33,388 nucleotides of DNA from Octopus bimaculoides (lineage: Eukaryota). The notes beneath the pieces were generated by a model. It searched no databases. It was given only the letters and a program-made list of their open reading frames with translations, and was not told the DNA's origin. A program made the position numbers and the translations under genes. Positions 1 to 10,162 of the stretch are shown in pieces (position 1 is the stretch's first letter; every line of letters starts with the position of its first letter). Where the stretch lies: positions 23,354,876 through 23,388,263 of the forward strand of contig NC_068989.1 of the NCBI RefSeq assembly GCF_001194135.2, in the 5' to 3' direction.

Positions 1-570
1 ATCCTTTGGCTCTCTCCATATCATAGGTATTGCAAACGGCATTGCTCTCTTCCTCTTATTTAGCCAATCCCTTAGTCCATTTGAACAAGCTGAACAGATG
101 ATGTGCGGGGCCCAACTCTTATCTTGATCCCCGAGAGAGCAGCCAAAGTATAACTGGTAGACCTTCTTGATTTCACTTATGATGACACGTTGCTGAGCTT
201 TGGTGGTAAATGAACCACAGACATGACAAAATATATCAGGACTGTTCTTGCAATGCCTTGACATCCTGAGTAGAATTTGATGGTGGTGATGACTTGGCAC
301 CTTAAACAGAAAGTAAAATTTATGAAAAGAAAAGATGAAAACATAAAATTACAAAATGAATACAAACAGTTATAAAACAGAAGTCAGAATCTACCTGTAT
401 AAGACGTTTACGTGTAGCGATACTGCTGATAGGAGTTACATACCTCTCTTATCTCATCAGAAAAACTGTGCCTGATAGAAGGAAACCGATTACATTTTTG
501 AAATTCACGGACAAAACTACGTATAAAACACCATATAATATCCCTGATGAAAATTGGCTGTTGACCAGTG
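1..570 (-). mobile_element. 5' end of a Chapaev3/CMC-like DNA transposon: terminus, UTR and transposase N-terminus, running off the left edge of the window
   Basis: Manual translation from ATG at 264 (minus) is open to position 1: MSRHCKNSPDIFCHVCGSFTTKAQQRVIISEIKKVYQLYFGCSLGDQDKSWAPHIICSACSNGLRDWLNKRKRAMPFAIPMIWREPKD. This is the Cys-rich LGDQDKSWAPH / PMIWREP N-terminus of this transposase family. The terminus reads CACTGGTCAACAGCC from 570 leftwards and is flanked by TAA (571-573), matching CAC ends with a TWA target. The family name is from recall. Confidence 0.78.
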
Positions 571-754
571 TTATTAAAGTTTAAGTGATAGGAGCTAAAA
601 ATGTAAAAGTATCTAAGGTACGTAAGATATACTATATTATGAGGAAAAGTAATATTGCAGTGAACTTATGCGTTTCTGAGTAGTTTGTTTATTTTTATTC
701 GAACTATGTATTATTAACAAAACCTACACACTAACTAAACTTTATTCTCTTCTA

Positions 755-1853
755 TTAGCGTCAATGATGACATTGTAGTTGGGACAGGGTGCGTTCTACA
801 ACGCACATTTGAAGCTGAGGATATGGCTGTTGTGCTCGTGCAGCACTGTTTGTAGGCCAAGTAAGATGTCTCTGTCGAAAGTTTCAGCTTTTGTGTTGTC
901 TCCATGTTACTCGTGCAGCGGCCTGTTGATTGTAGTCAGAGATGAAATAAAGCTGCAAAATGCCGGTGAACTATTGTTGGGGGCTGGAGCAACCCAATGA
1001 TGTGGTAAACCTGCCCTTGGACCTTAAAAGTTGGCATCCACCTTTCCTCTCTGACAACTTTAGGCCCAAAGGAGGTCATCTGGAAAGCGCAATTGTATGT
1101 CCTGATAAGTTGAAGAAATTCAGATGACGTTCGCACAGATCCTGCCAGCAGGTCCTTCAAAGGCTGTGGAGGGTTTTCAAATGGTGGCAGCTGCACTTTG
1201 CCATTTGAGCAGCACATCCCAGGTGGTTTGGCTGACCATTTCTTAGCATTGCAGTGCTTGGAGGTGGAGCACATACCCCCAATCTCGATTTCAGAATGGG
1301 AGGAGTAGCTTATCGTCGGTTCGTAGATGAAAGCCTTCATTAGCCAATAGGAACTTTTGGGGCTTGTAATGCCGCGAGCAGCTTCTCGTCGATGACTATT
1401 CCCCTGTAACCTACCACGTCTCAGAGGAGTTTCAGCAGATCGTGTAGTAGTAGTGACAGCAGCGTTTTTTAAATTGCAGACTGCCCATTGTTCAGCAGTC
1501 TCGGAGGCTCTTGCTTTGGCAGTGGCGGCAGCATTCTGTGAATTGCGTATTTTCCATTGTTCAGCAGTCTCGGACACTCTTGCATTGGCAGTGGCAGCAG
1601 TGTTTTTTGAATTGCATGCAGATCGAGCTAAGCTTGTTTCTTGAAAACGCACCGAATGGTCCTATGACCTCCTCCTTTTTAGTCGCATAGCTCTTTCATC
1701 GTCACTTTCAGTGACTCTCCAGCTTGTAGCATGCAAAGCGGTCTGAGCCAATCGCAAATTAGTTTCGTCAGAAGTCTCATTGATCCTTCTCGTCCTCTGT
1801 GCCAACGCAGCAGCCATTCGGTGCCCGAGACAGATTCTTTTCTTAGGTGGCAT
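755..1853 (-). mobile_element. Helitron RepHel N-terminal fragment (pseudogenised)
   Basis: ORFs 1662-1853 (MPPKKR...ETSDETNLRL) and 936-1652 contain 23-aa STPR-like repeats (69-bp unit, 1485 vs 1554) and the motifs CCSNGKVQLPP, IRTYNCAFQMTSFG and MPTFKVQGQVYH. Frameshifted continuation FLQLYFISD...LQTVLHEHN...FKCAL*...NVIIDANR reaches ~755. The HUH and helicase domains are absent. Confidence 0.92.
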
Positions 1854-2555
1854 TTTGTAAATTGGGAGAGAGAGAAAATGAAACTGGCAGATGGAGAAAT
1901 GGGATTAAATGAAGGCATAAATGAATCTGAAATTGTGGTTCTGATGAACGAAAAGTCAGCAATGAGAACAAAACTGTTTTCAAGCACAGACGTTTCCCGG
2001 TCATTTCCAAGCAACAGTTACTTGTTTCATCAAACAAACAGCTGAAAAATAAAGCAAAATGCAATAAAATAGAATAAAATGTAAATACATAATAAAATAA
2101 AAAAAAATTAAGAATGCAGACACTCTGTAAGAAATATAACAGTCAAGTAAACAATTTAAACATAAAAGCAAACAAAAACTAATAAACAAAGTGTGCTTGT
2201 TGCTAATTACATTGTCATTAGATTTTATTTTCTAATTGAATAAACCAACACTAATTATCTAACATTCAAAATTTCATGGCAGGAGATAAGTTTCAGCAAA
2301 CTTGTGTAGCATGTTCAGAACTCATTTCTAATGTTGAAATGCCACATATCGAAAAATGCTTTAAATAACATAGGAAATAAAACAGCTACAGCACAGTCAT
2401 CATTTGGTAGCCTCAGCAAGTTGTCACGTGACACTGTTTAAACTTTAACTGACCAATGGAGGGCACATAGTCTTAGCCCACACATTCTCTAACTGAGACT
2501 GTCACCTGTCAATCAGCGAAGCTACTTCAGCGTCAGCCTGTCTCACCTAATGATG

Positions 2556-3895
2556 TTATTTTCCTGCGGGCATGTTATGACTTTCAAGCCATTTTTGGTC
2601 TTCCTGCTTCAGCCATATATAGAAGCTGGCTTTTTCGACTGCTTCCTGTATTCTCCTTATTAGTTTTCTCAGTTCCGAGCTAAAAAATGCAAATCTTCTT
2701 TTGAATAACGTTGTCATTTTTCTTTCAATGAAGTCCCTAGCCCCCACTGCCAGGTGGCAATATTCGACAGTCCATCCCTGTTCTTTGCACTCTTCAATTA
2801 GTTTTTCGTGCCTCTTCTTCTTTCGTTTCTCTGCATTGTTGATGTTCTCTTCCCATGGTACTGTCAGTTCTAGTAAAATTCCTATTCTCCATTCTGTGTT
2901 CCATATGACTAAGTCTCATCTTTTTGTCGTTTTTATGAGTGGAAATATTACTAGTCTTCCCAAATCCGTGGCCAGCTCCCAGTATCCCTTCCATCTTTCG
3001 TCTATCTCGTATATTTTATTTGGAGGCCTGGTCTTATGTCCTTTTCCCTCCTTCTGGAAGTATATTTTCCTGCGTTTTTCCACTTTCGGTTACTCTCCCC
3101 TATTGTATCCTTCGATCTTCTCCTTGAATGCTGCGTTTATGATGCCGAGGACTTGATTATCACGCCATGTATACCTTTCTAGTGCTATCGGTTGTTTTTA
3201 AGTTTCACCGGACTAAGTTCACCGGTGAGGGTAGAACGTCGAAGGTAGACTTTATCAGGAAGGATGTTCTTGCTTGTTCCCTAGCCCAAAGTTCCTTCCA
3301 TGAGATTCTGCGACTGACCACATATTCCTCCCATCTCAGGCACTGTCCCTGTTGACTACATTGCACCAAATGTACTTTCTGCCTTTCTTCTTCCTCCTTT
3401 CTCACTTCGTGTACCACTGCTTCTTTCATCTCTTTTACACTGCTCTTGCAAAATGGCCTGAAATTGTGCGTCCCTAGGTCGGCTCTTGCTTCTTGCGTTG
3501 CTCTGACTATATCGGCGTGTCTTAGTGTTACGATCGCCCTGTTTACTGCCTCTTCCGCATTCCATTTCCTCCCTGTTCGTACCTTTGGAGGGTTTTCTCG
3601 GATGCTCTGATCTTTTGAATACCTTAGAATCATTACTGTCCTCGCCTTTCCTGCTTTATATTCTTCGGTGATCGATGTTATTGGTAGTTGCAGCACGGGT
3701 TTTCCATATAGTGCAGTTGTATTCAGTGGTTTCGGCAGACCAAGCCATTTTATGATAAACACACTGTTCCATCCTTTCTACTCTACTCGCGGCTATTTCG
3801 TACATTTGCAATGGCCACATTATCATTGGGTACAGCCCAAATTGCAGTATCCAACATTTGAATTTTCTCGGCAGCGTTGTTCTGTCAATTGTCTT
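2556..3895 (-). mobile_element. Hero-clade (RLE) non-LTR retrotransposon, 5'-truncated and decayed
   Basis: LKTIDRTTLPRKFKCWILQFGLYPMIMWPL (RT C-terminus), KWLGLP...ALYG...LP, TGRKW, SFLIKSTFDVLPSPVNL, RYTWRDNQVL, and the RLE DLVIW...LELTVPWEEN...K, ending ASFYIWLK. Stops and frameshifts are present and the CCHC knuckle is deleted. Confidence 0.88.
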
Positions 3896-4224
3896 TAATC
3901 GTGTTTCTTTCCTTTGCCTCTTATCATTTAATAAATCTTTATACCATCTGCCAAGACTCTTTACTGATGTAATGGGGGTACATGCATGATTCGCTAGGCC
4001 TCTTCAGAGATTCACAAAAATTCAATACAAATAAAAAATAAAAATAAGAATAAAGTAAAAATAAAAATAAATGAAAAATGAAAATATAAAAATATAAGGC
4101 ACATAAAAAGCCTACAAACAGTATATAAGACCATATAAATAGTTTTAAACACTCCAATACACATGTCTGTGCCTGTGTACATAACCATACGTAGATATCT
4201 ATGGATACAAAAGCATAAATTAAA

Positions 4225-5680
4225 AACTTGATCAAGTTTTAAATTAAAAGATTTAAAGAAGTGCCTAATCTTTTTCCTAATTCTTTCTAGGGTACTTTTG
4301 CTATTGGTAGGGTATACGAATAGTGCGTTGTCTCTGTATAGACCCCCCTGGAGGTCTGGTACTTCTGAGAATAGCCTCTTAACTAGAAAGGCTCCGACTA
4401 AGTCAGTTCCCTGAGCTGAGTCGCTCGAGCCCATAGCCACATTGACGTTATCAGGAGTGTCCGACCTCGTCCAAAGTTTACCCTCGAATTCAATTATTGT
4501 TTTCCTAGCTAAGAGTATGATATCTATTTTTTCTCTATCTATAAGAGAGAGGTTGCGAGCATAAATTAGGGACTTATTCAATAGGATAGGGGAGATGCTT
4601 GCATAGTACTTCGATATATCGAATTGTATCAAAGAAAAGTTTTTCTTAAACTGAATAGAGTTGAACCATTTTAGAACGTCCTCAGTATTAACTCATATGC
4701 TGAGTGGGATGTGAGGTTTAATTTGGGGAATTACTCCGTCTGGAATTGTCTTACTCAGTCTGCCTATGTCTGACTTGGGCATATTAGCCTCACTTCTATG
4801 TTCTCTGGGAATCCTTTTTTTATGGTCCTTAATGCTAATCCAAGGTTCTTGGGGGATGAGAGGTTCGGTCCTTTCTAGTAGATCTAGCTTGGTCATAACT
4901 TCTTTGATTTTGCTGTTGGCTTGTATGAGGTTATCCGTTGATGTAACGTTATATTTTCTATGGAGCTCCTTAATTATTAGTGATCTATACGTATTATAGT
5001 CTAATTTATACCAGTTACCGGTTTTGTCGGCTGGTATGATTAGACTACCTTCATTTTTTATTGTGTTTAAAAATTGCTTTAGTTTCTTCAAGTGGTCGTT
5101 ACTAATAGTTCTATGTTTTTTGTTTTTAGTTTTTTCGATAAATTCGAAGATATCCTTTTCGAAGTTTTCTAATGCGAAGTTCGGTGGTGGGTTTCTTCTA
5201 CTTTTGAATACTTTTCTGTTTATGATAGCTTCCTGGTTCCTGTTTGAGTTATGTTTATTTCTATTATCAAAGTGATAGGCGGCCCATCTAATTCGTCTAA
5301 GGAAATCTGTAGTCCTGTAGATAAGAGCCGTCATCTGTGTGTAGTGGTATGTCTTTGGGAGAGAAATCGGTGTGAATCCTTTGTATCATTATTCATTCAT
5401 CAAGTATTAAAAGTTGTTGTGGGTATGTAAAAACCAATCCGAAGGACAACGTAAATCACGTAGGTAAGGTAGATTTTAGAGGTAATACTTGATAATTGCA
5501 AACACCTGTATATTCCAGATAGTGGCCGGGGCGAAAAGATGAATTAAAAACGTAAAAATAAAAACAGAACACAAAGGATTCCGCGGTACACGTGTTTCAA
5601 GCTTTATAGTCGTTGCATCATTATATTGGTATATAATTGATAGACAGGATGGTATAAAGCTATCTTCAGCCGCAAATATA
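4225..5680 (-). mobile_element. Penelope-like retroelement (probably Naiad clade), RT truncated, no GIY-YIG domain visible
   Basis: ORFs 4693-5334 and 4012-4632 are in the same frame, separated by one TGA at a conserved Trp position. Motifs: FLRRIRW, PADKTGN (DKT rather than DKG), IKDHK, VRLICP (in a shifted frame), FDISKYYASI, MGSSDSAQ.TDLVG and GLYRDN (catalytic YRDD mutated). The probable original start is MIQRIHTDFSPKDIP at 5389. Coding ends ~4225, before the FLD motif. Confidence 0.88.
5583..5673 (-). ncRNA. Type I hammerhead ribozyme in the 5' region of the Penelope element
   Basis: Minus strand reads GCGG-CUGAAGA-U-AGCUUUAUA-[44 nt with an inner AUUAUAU/AUAUAAU hairpin]-UAUAAAGCU-U-GAAA-CACGUG-UA-CCGC. 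The core nucleotides are intact, stem I is GCGG/CCGC, stem II is 9 bp, stem III is the palindrome ACACGUGU, and the cleavage triplet is GUA (A at 5587). Confidence 0.85.
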
Positions 5681-6822
5681 TTCTTTCCCAAGTATTATAT
5701 CACAAAGAAGTCACCAAGAAAAAAGTAAAAGAGAGATAAAAAGTGGTAGTCCACTTGGTATTGTCCATTGTAATATCCATTGTAATATACATTATAATAT
5801 GTTTATCCTTTAAGTTGATACATTTACATAAAAGTTCATCGGTATTCCGAAATCTGTCCATATCGTGCCACAATTCAGAGTAGAGTGAATGCTAAATAAA
5901 CATAACTAGCGTATATGGGATAGAAGAAGAGGGTCCAACAAAGGTAGAAGTTGGAGGTTCAAAAAAATATAAAATACGAAGAAAACAATATATAAAAAAA
6001 ATACACAAATATTAATACAAAAATAATAGAAGTCAAATGGGGGGGGGGGGGGTAATATAAGAAAAAATAGGAAAAAATCCGGATGGTAAAGTAAGATGCA
6101 TATAAACTATTTAGAAGGGTTGGAGAAGGGTGATAAATAAAAAAATAAAATAACAGAGGTAAAAAGAAGGGGGATAAGAAAAAAACCTAAGAGTAGAAAA
6201 AGAGAAATAAGGATAGATAAAGCGATAAAGATCTAAAAGGGTGAGTTCGTAAATGACAGACATACATGATGCTGTGTCGGCCAAGACTAGTGGTGGGTCA
6301 TAAATAACGTCCGGCTAAAGAAACCTTGAAATATGATATCTTTGTGTTGAGTGGTCAGTTTAGCCAAAGTACATCACTACAACTTAAGTATACGAACTTA
6401 TCTATTATATTGGTACATACCCTTATCTAGAGGATACAAAGATGATGGAAGTGGTAAATGGTAATTAGAACATATAAAAACCAAAACAATGAATAATTGG
6501 AAAATAGAAAAAAATATACCTTACCTACGTGATACAAAAGCATATATAGATGAGTACATATGTGTCCAGATGTACGTCAACAGTCACTGCCACCACATAG
6601 AGGGGGAAATATACATATATATATATCTATCCCCTCACACATACGTACGTATATACATATATGTATACACAAATATTCCCTTACGTACATGATCCCTGGC
6701 ACCAACGTTATTCGTTGCGTTTTGAAAGCTATTTATATTTTAAAATGTGTTGGGTGCGTGCGTGTCAGTTCTGTTTGTGGTGGATGGGTCTATGTGGAAG
6801 TTCTTTCCAGAGGAGTTATTAA

Positions 6823-8719
6823 CCCTTTAGTGTTCAGATTAATTTGTTCTCACTTTCACATATTATTTATAATAAAATTAAAAAGAATGTATAAAATAAT
6901 ATACTTACAAAATAATACAGTTATGACATATTTCTGTCATGAAACTGCCCAAAGCACCCTTTACACAAGGGCACTTTGCAGAAGGAGCACATATATGAGG
7001 TCTCGACCTGATACCCCTTTGCAGTTTTTCTTTTTTGGAGCGAACACAGTCTGCAAACTTTTTTCCTTCCATTTATCTTTTTGATTTTATGGAAGTCAAT
7101 ATTTTCTGTGTTGACATCCACCTCAGTTAATTTTGCTTTTCTCCCAGTTCTGTGCTTTCTAGAAGAAAAGCCCTCACGTAACTGAGATGCGATGTCAACC
7201 CGAAATTTCAAATGGTCGTAGTCTTTTGGTGGCGGAGGTAGTTTGTGACTTTTTACATATACAATATGAATTTACTATAGTTAAATTCACTAAAAACCAC
7301 AAAATGTACCTCCACCATTTCTTCCCAGGTCGACCAACTGGGTAATATGCACGATATTGGTCGGATTTATCAACCCCACCCATATATTTGTTATAACAAA
7401 TATTCACGAGGGGTTTCCCGTCAGCACCAACACCAGGTTGTTCATTAGAAGACAGAAATAAAATCTGTCTTTTGTCTTTGAAAGCAGTAACTAAAATATT
7501 TTCTTTACGCATCTGTAGAACGTCCCCTCTATTCTTTAATTTTGTTTTCATTTCACAGGGTAAACCTTTACNNNNNNNNNNNNNNNNNNNNNNNNNNNNN
7601 NNNNNNNNNNNNNNNNNNNNNNNNNNNNNNNNNNNNNNNNNNNNNNNNNNNNNNNNNNNNNNNNNNNNNNNNNNNNNNNNNNNNNNNNNNNNNNNNNNNN
7701 NNNNNNNNNNNNNNNNNNNNNNNNNNNNNNNNNNNNNNNNNNNNNNNNNNNNNNNNNNNNNNNNNNNNNNNNNNNNNNNNNNNNNNNNNNNNNNNNNNNN
7801 NNNNNNNNNNNNNNNNNNNNNNNNNNNNNNNNNNNNNNNNNNNNNNNNNNNNNNNNNNNNNNNNNNNNNNNNNNNNNNNNNNNNNNNNNNNNNNNNNNNN
7901 NNNNNNNNNNNNNNNNNNNNNNNNNNNNNNNNNNNNNNNNNNNNNNNNNNNNNNNNNNNNNNNNNNNNNNNNNNNNNNNNNNNNNNNNNNNNNNNNNNNN
8001 NNNNNNNNNNNNNNNNNNNNNNNNNNNNNNNNNNNNNNNNNNNNNNNNNNNNNNNNNNNNNNNNNNNNNNNNNNNNNNNNNNNNNNNNNNNNNNNNNNNN
8101 NNNNNNNNNNNNNNNNNNNNNNNNNNNNNNNNNNNNNNNNNNNNNNNNNNNNNNNNNNNNNNNNNNNNNNNNNNNNNNNNNNNNNNNNNNNNNNNNNNNN
8201 NNNNNNNNNNNNNNNNNNNNNNNNNNNNNNNNNNNNNNNNNNNNNNNNNNNNNNNNNNNNNNNNNNNNNNNNNNNNNNNNNNNNNNNNNNNNNNNNNNNN
8301 NNNNNNNNNNNNNNNNNNNNNNNNNNNNNNNNNNNNNNNNNNNNNNNNNNNNNNNNNNNNNNNNNNNNNNNNNNNNNNNNNNNNAAAACACTTTTGTTTT
8401 CATTGATATTTTCAATATCATCAATAGTAAAGCCTTCAAAATCGGAATCGCTACTTGCTGACACCATTTTTTTCACAACCAAGATAAACACTTCTCTTCG
8501 AACGTTGAAAAAACCATGTGGTCTAAAAAATTTCACAGTATTTATACTTGAATAAAGGCGGGAAAGGCTTCATCTCGCATTATCTCAAAGCTACGAGAAT
8601 TCAATAACGTGATTTGTTTATTTTTTTAGCGATTTCGTAGAGCTATCGGATACGGCCGGTTTGAACAAATAAAGAGGAATTAATTTTGGCCGGTTACGGC
8701 CGGTTTGAACACTAACGGG
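6823..8719 (-). mobile_element. piggyBac transposon with both TIRs and a transposase pseudogene (ATG 8467 to stop 6921, middle in the N gap)
   Basis: Left end is TTAA|CCCTTTAGTGTTCAGA. Right end TTTGAACACTAACGGG has reverse complement CCCGTTAGTGTTCAAA (14/16 match), with a degenerate right TSD. Two subterminal TACGGCCGGTTTGAAC repeats. Protein motifs: acidic N-terminus MVSASSDSDFEGF, YNKYMGGVDKSDQ, KKWWRYILWFL, and the C-terminal Cys-rich CRLC...CSFCKVPLC.GCF..FH. One frameshift near 7215-7230. Confidence 0.95.
7572..8384. other. Assembly gap
   Basis: Run of N. Other gaps: 9318-9327, 12090-12189, 14678-14687, 27386-28293, 30488-31043. Confidence 1.
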
Positions 8720-8908
8720 TATTACTCTAATAGTAATAATAATAATGATGATAATAACAGCAACAATAATAACAAATAATAATAATATGCCAACTTTTTG
8801 AACTTTGTGATGTGGTGCTCCGTTATTCTTCCTGTGGAGAAGATCAGGTCATTCCAGCAGTGGGTATGAGAGATTCTGCTGCTATTTGGGGAGTGGTAAT
8901 TTATACAG

Positions 8909-9000
8909 TTAATTCCTCTCATCTAATTGGACAACTATTGTCAACCACATTAATGGGTTCAGTTCTACTTTTCCTCACTCTTTTAGTTTGATCATTGATT
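8909..9000 (-). pseudogene. NS1: Parvoviral NS1 endogenous viral element, C-terminal piece left of the LTR insertion
   Basis: Removing the LTR and one GATT copy restores the frame: ...YKTYQS-MIKLKE*GKVELNPLMWLTIVVQLDERN*. The LK..K..LNPL.W pattern resembles the post-helicase region of invertebrate parvovirus NS1. Confidence 0.7.
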
Positions 9001-9483
9001 TGTAAAAGTTTGATAGTTGTCATAGAGACTTTAGTCTCTCTATCACCTTTCAACATAATTATATATGAAGAGACAATAGAACAATTAACAATATAATAAA
9101 AAAGTTTTATTTATGATGATGCTTGGTTTCACAATTCCTGTCATTTAGCTTAGCAGCTGCTGATTAGGTTGTAGTTTGGTAATGGAAGGTTAAGGGCTTC
9201 TTTGATGCTTGCCAGAGAAACAAGTAGCTATCACCATCGAAGGCATCGAGGTGAAGTGGTAATTTGTTGAGGAGCGAGGAGTTGTCACGTAGAAGGTCTG
9301 AGCTCAACTGCCTAACANNNNNNNNNNGAAGGTCTGAGCTCAACTGTCTAACAAAGTGAAACTCTCTCTTTAAGAACCAGTTTTACTACGCATGCGCACT
9401 TGAGGGGCTTCCGGTGGTGAAGTCCCCTGCGCATGCGCAGAATAGTACTTCCTCAATGGCGGCTATAATTTCGCGCCACTACA
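9001..9483 (-). mobile_element. Solo LTR (Gypsy-like) inserted in the NS1 relic
   Basis: Termini are TGTA...TACA with a perfect 4-bp TSD GATT (8997-9000 and 9484-9487). On the minus strand, promoter-like motifs lie near the TGTAGTGG end and AATAAA near ~9108. Precise excision restores the flanking NS1 reading frame. Confidence 0.85.
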
Positions 9484-10162
9484 GATTGATATGTTTTGTA
9501 ATAAAACAGTCTATTTCTGATAGCATTTTCATCTTGTGGTACGACTCTCCATGGGTTTGTGGTAAACCACATTTCATCCGTGTAGATTGAGGGTTTATCT
9601 ATACAGGTCCCGAATGTAAAACTGTCAGATGCCTGGCATCGCATTCAACCTGTATTCATCAAGCCGTTACGTATTGATCGCAGTATGATTTTCCACTACT
9701 CGGCGTTCCTGTTATATGAAGTCCATTCTTTTTTGGGTGTATTTTGTGGCACACCTCGAAGGTTTCTTTGGCAAATTGCTGTAGGTCAAAGTGGTGATGC
9801 TTTAGCCATGCGGTGAAAATATTTAGGGAAGTTTGCACGTTATGGAACTTGTAGTTCATGTCGGAAAATAGTTCTGTTTTTTTTTTTGGTTGTATCTGTT
9901 GCCAAATTGGAATGAAGACAGTTTCTATATTTAGTTCTGTGGCAGCTGATGTTATGATGCTTAAAAGGTTTCGAGTATTTCGGTATATGTCGTTCCATTG
10001 CTTGTTAATGTTCATGTTGTTTGTATTTTTAGCGTATGTTATTAAATCTCCTAATTCCGTTGAATTAGCGGCAGACATGAGCTGTTTTATGAAATCATGT
10101 ATTTTGCCTTGGACTGTTATTTTATCTGTGTATCTTTCGTCGTTGTTGTTGTTATGTTCTTC
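9484..10162 (-). pseudogene. NS1: Parvoviral NS1 (SF3 helicase) endogenous viral element, central part
   Basis: W..HH.FDLQQFAKETFEVCHKIHPKKNGLHITGTPSSGKSY contains Walker A (9686-9709). After a frameshift: LRSIRNGLMNTG*MRCQASDSFTFGTCIDKPSIYTDEMW (Walker B, 9573-9587), then FTTNPWRVVPQDENAIRNRLFYY (motif C region). The B' segment appears deleted. Confidence 0.85.

Noticed and set aside
2440-2555. A|TC at ~2553 as the Helitron 5' end
   Set aside because: The segment directly follows the Hero stop codon and is better explained as the Hero 3' UTR. A dinucleotide is not diagnostic.
4693-4695. In-frame TGA in the Naiad-like ORF as a selenocysteine codon (selenoprotein-coding Naiads are known)
   Set aside because: It aligns with the conserved Trp of the W.NT..V..WF motif (TGG to TGA), not a Cys. 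The element is otherwise degraded and no SECIS is evident.
5790-5880. RFRNTDELLCKC on the minus strand as the C-terminal NKRSEL.SKCRH motif of a Penelope endonuclease
   Set aside because: The similarity is too weak and no upstream GIY-YIG or CxxC motif is recognisable.
9291-9353. 26-bp direct repeat GAAGGTCTGAGCTCAACTG(C/T)CTAACA
   Set aside because: The two copies flank a 10-N gap, which is typical of an unmerged contig overlap or haplotype artefact.
9389-9439. GC-rich hairpin next to NS1 as a parvoviral terminal hairpin (ITR)
   Set aside because: It lies inside the TG...CA element bounded by the GATT TSD, and NS1 coding continues on both sides of that element, so it belongs to the LTR rather than a viral end.
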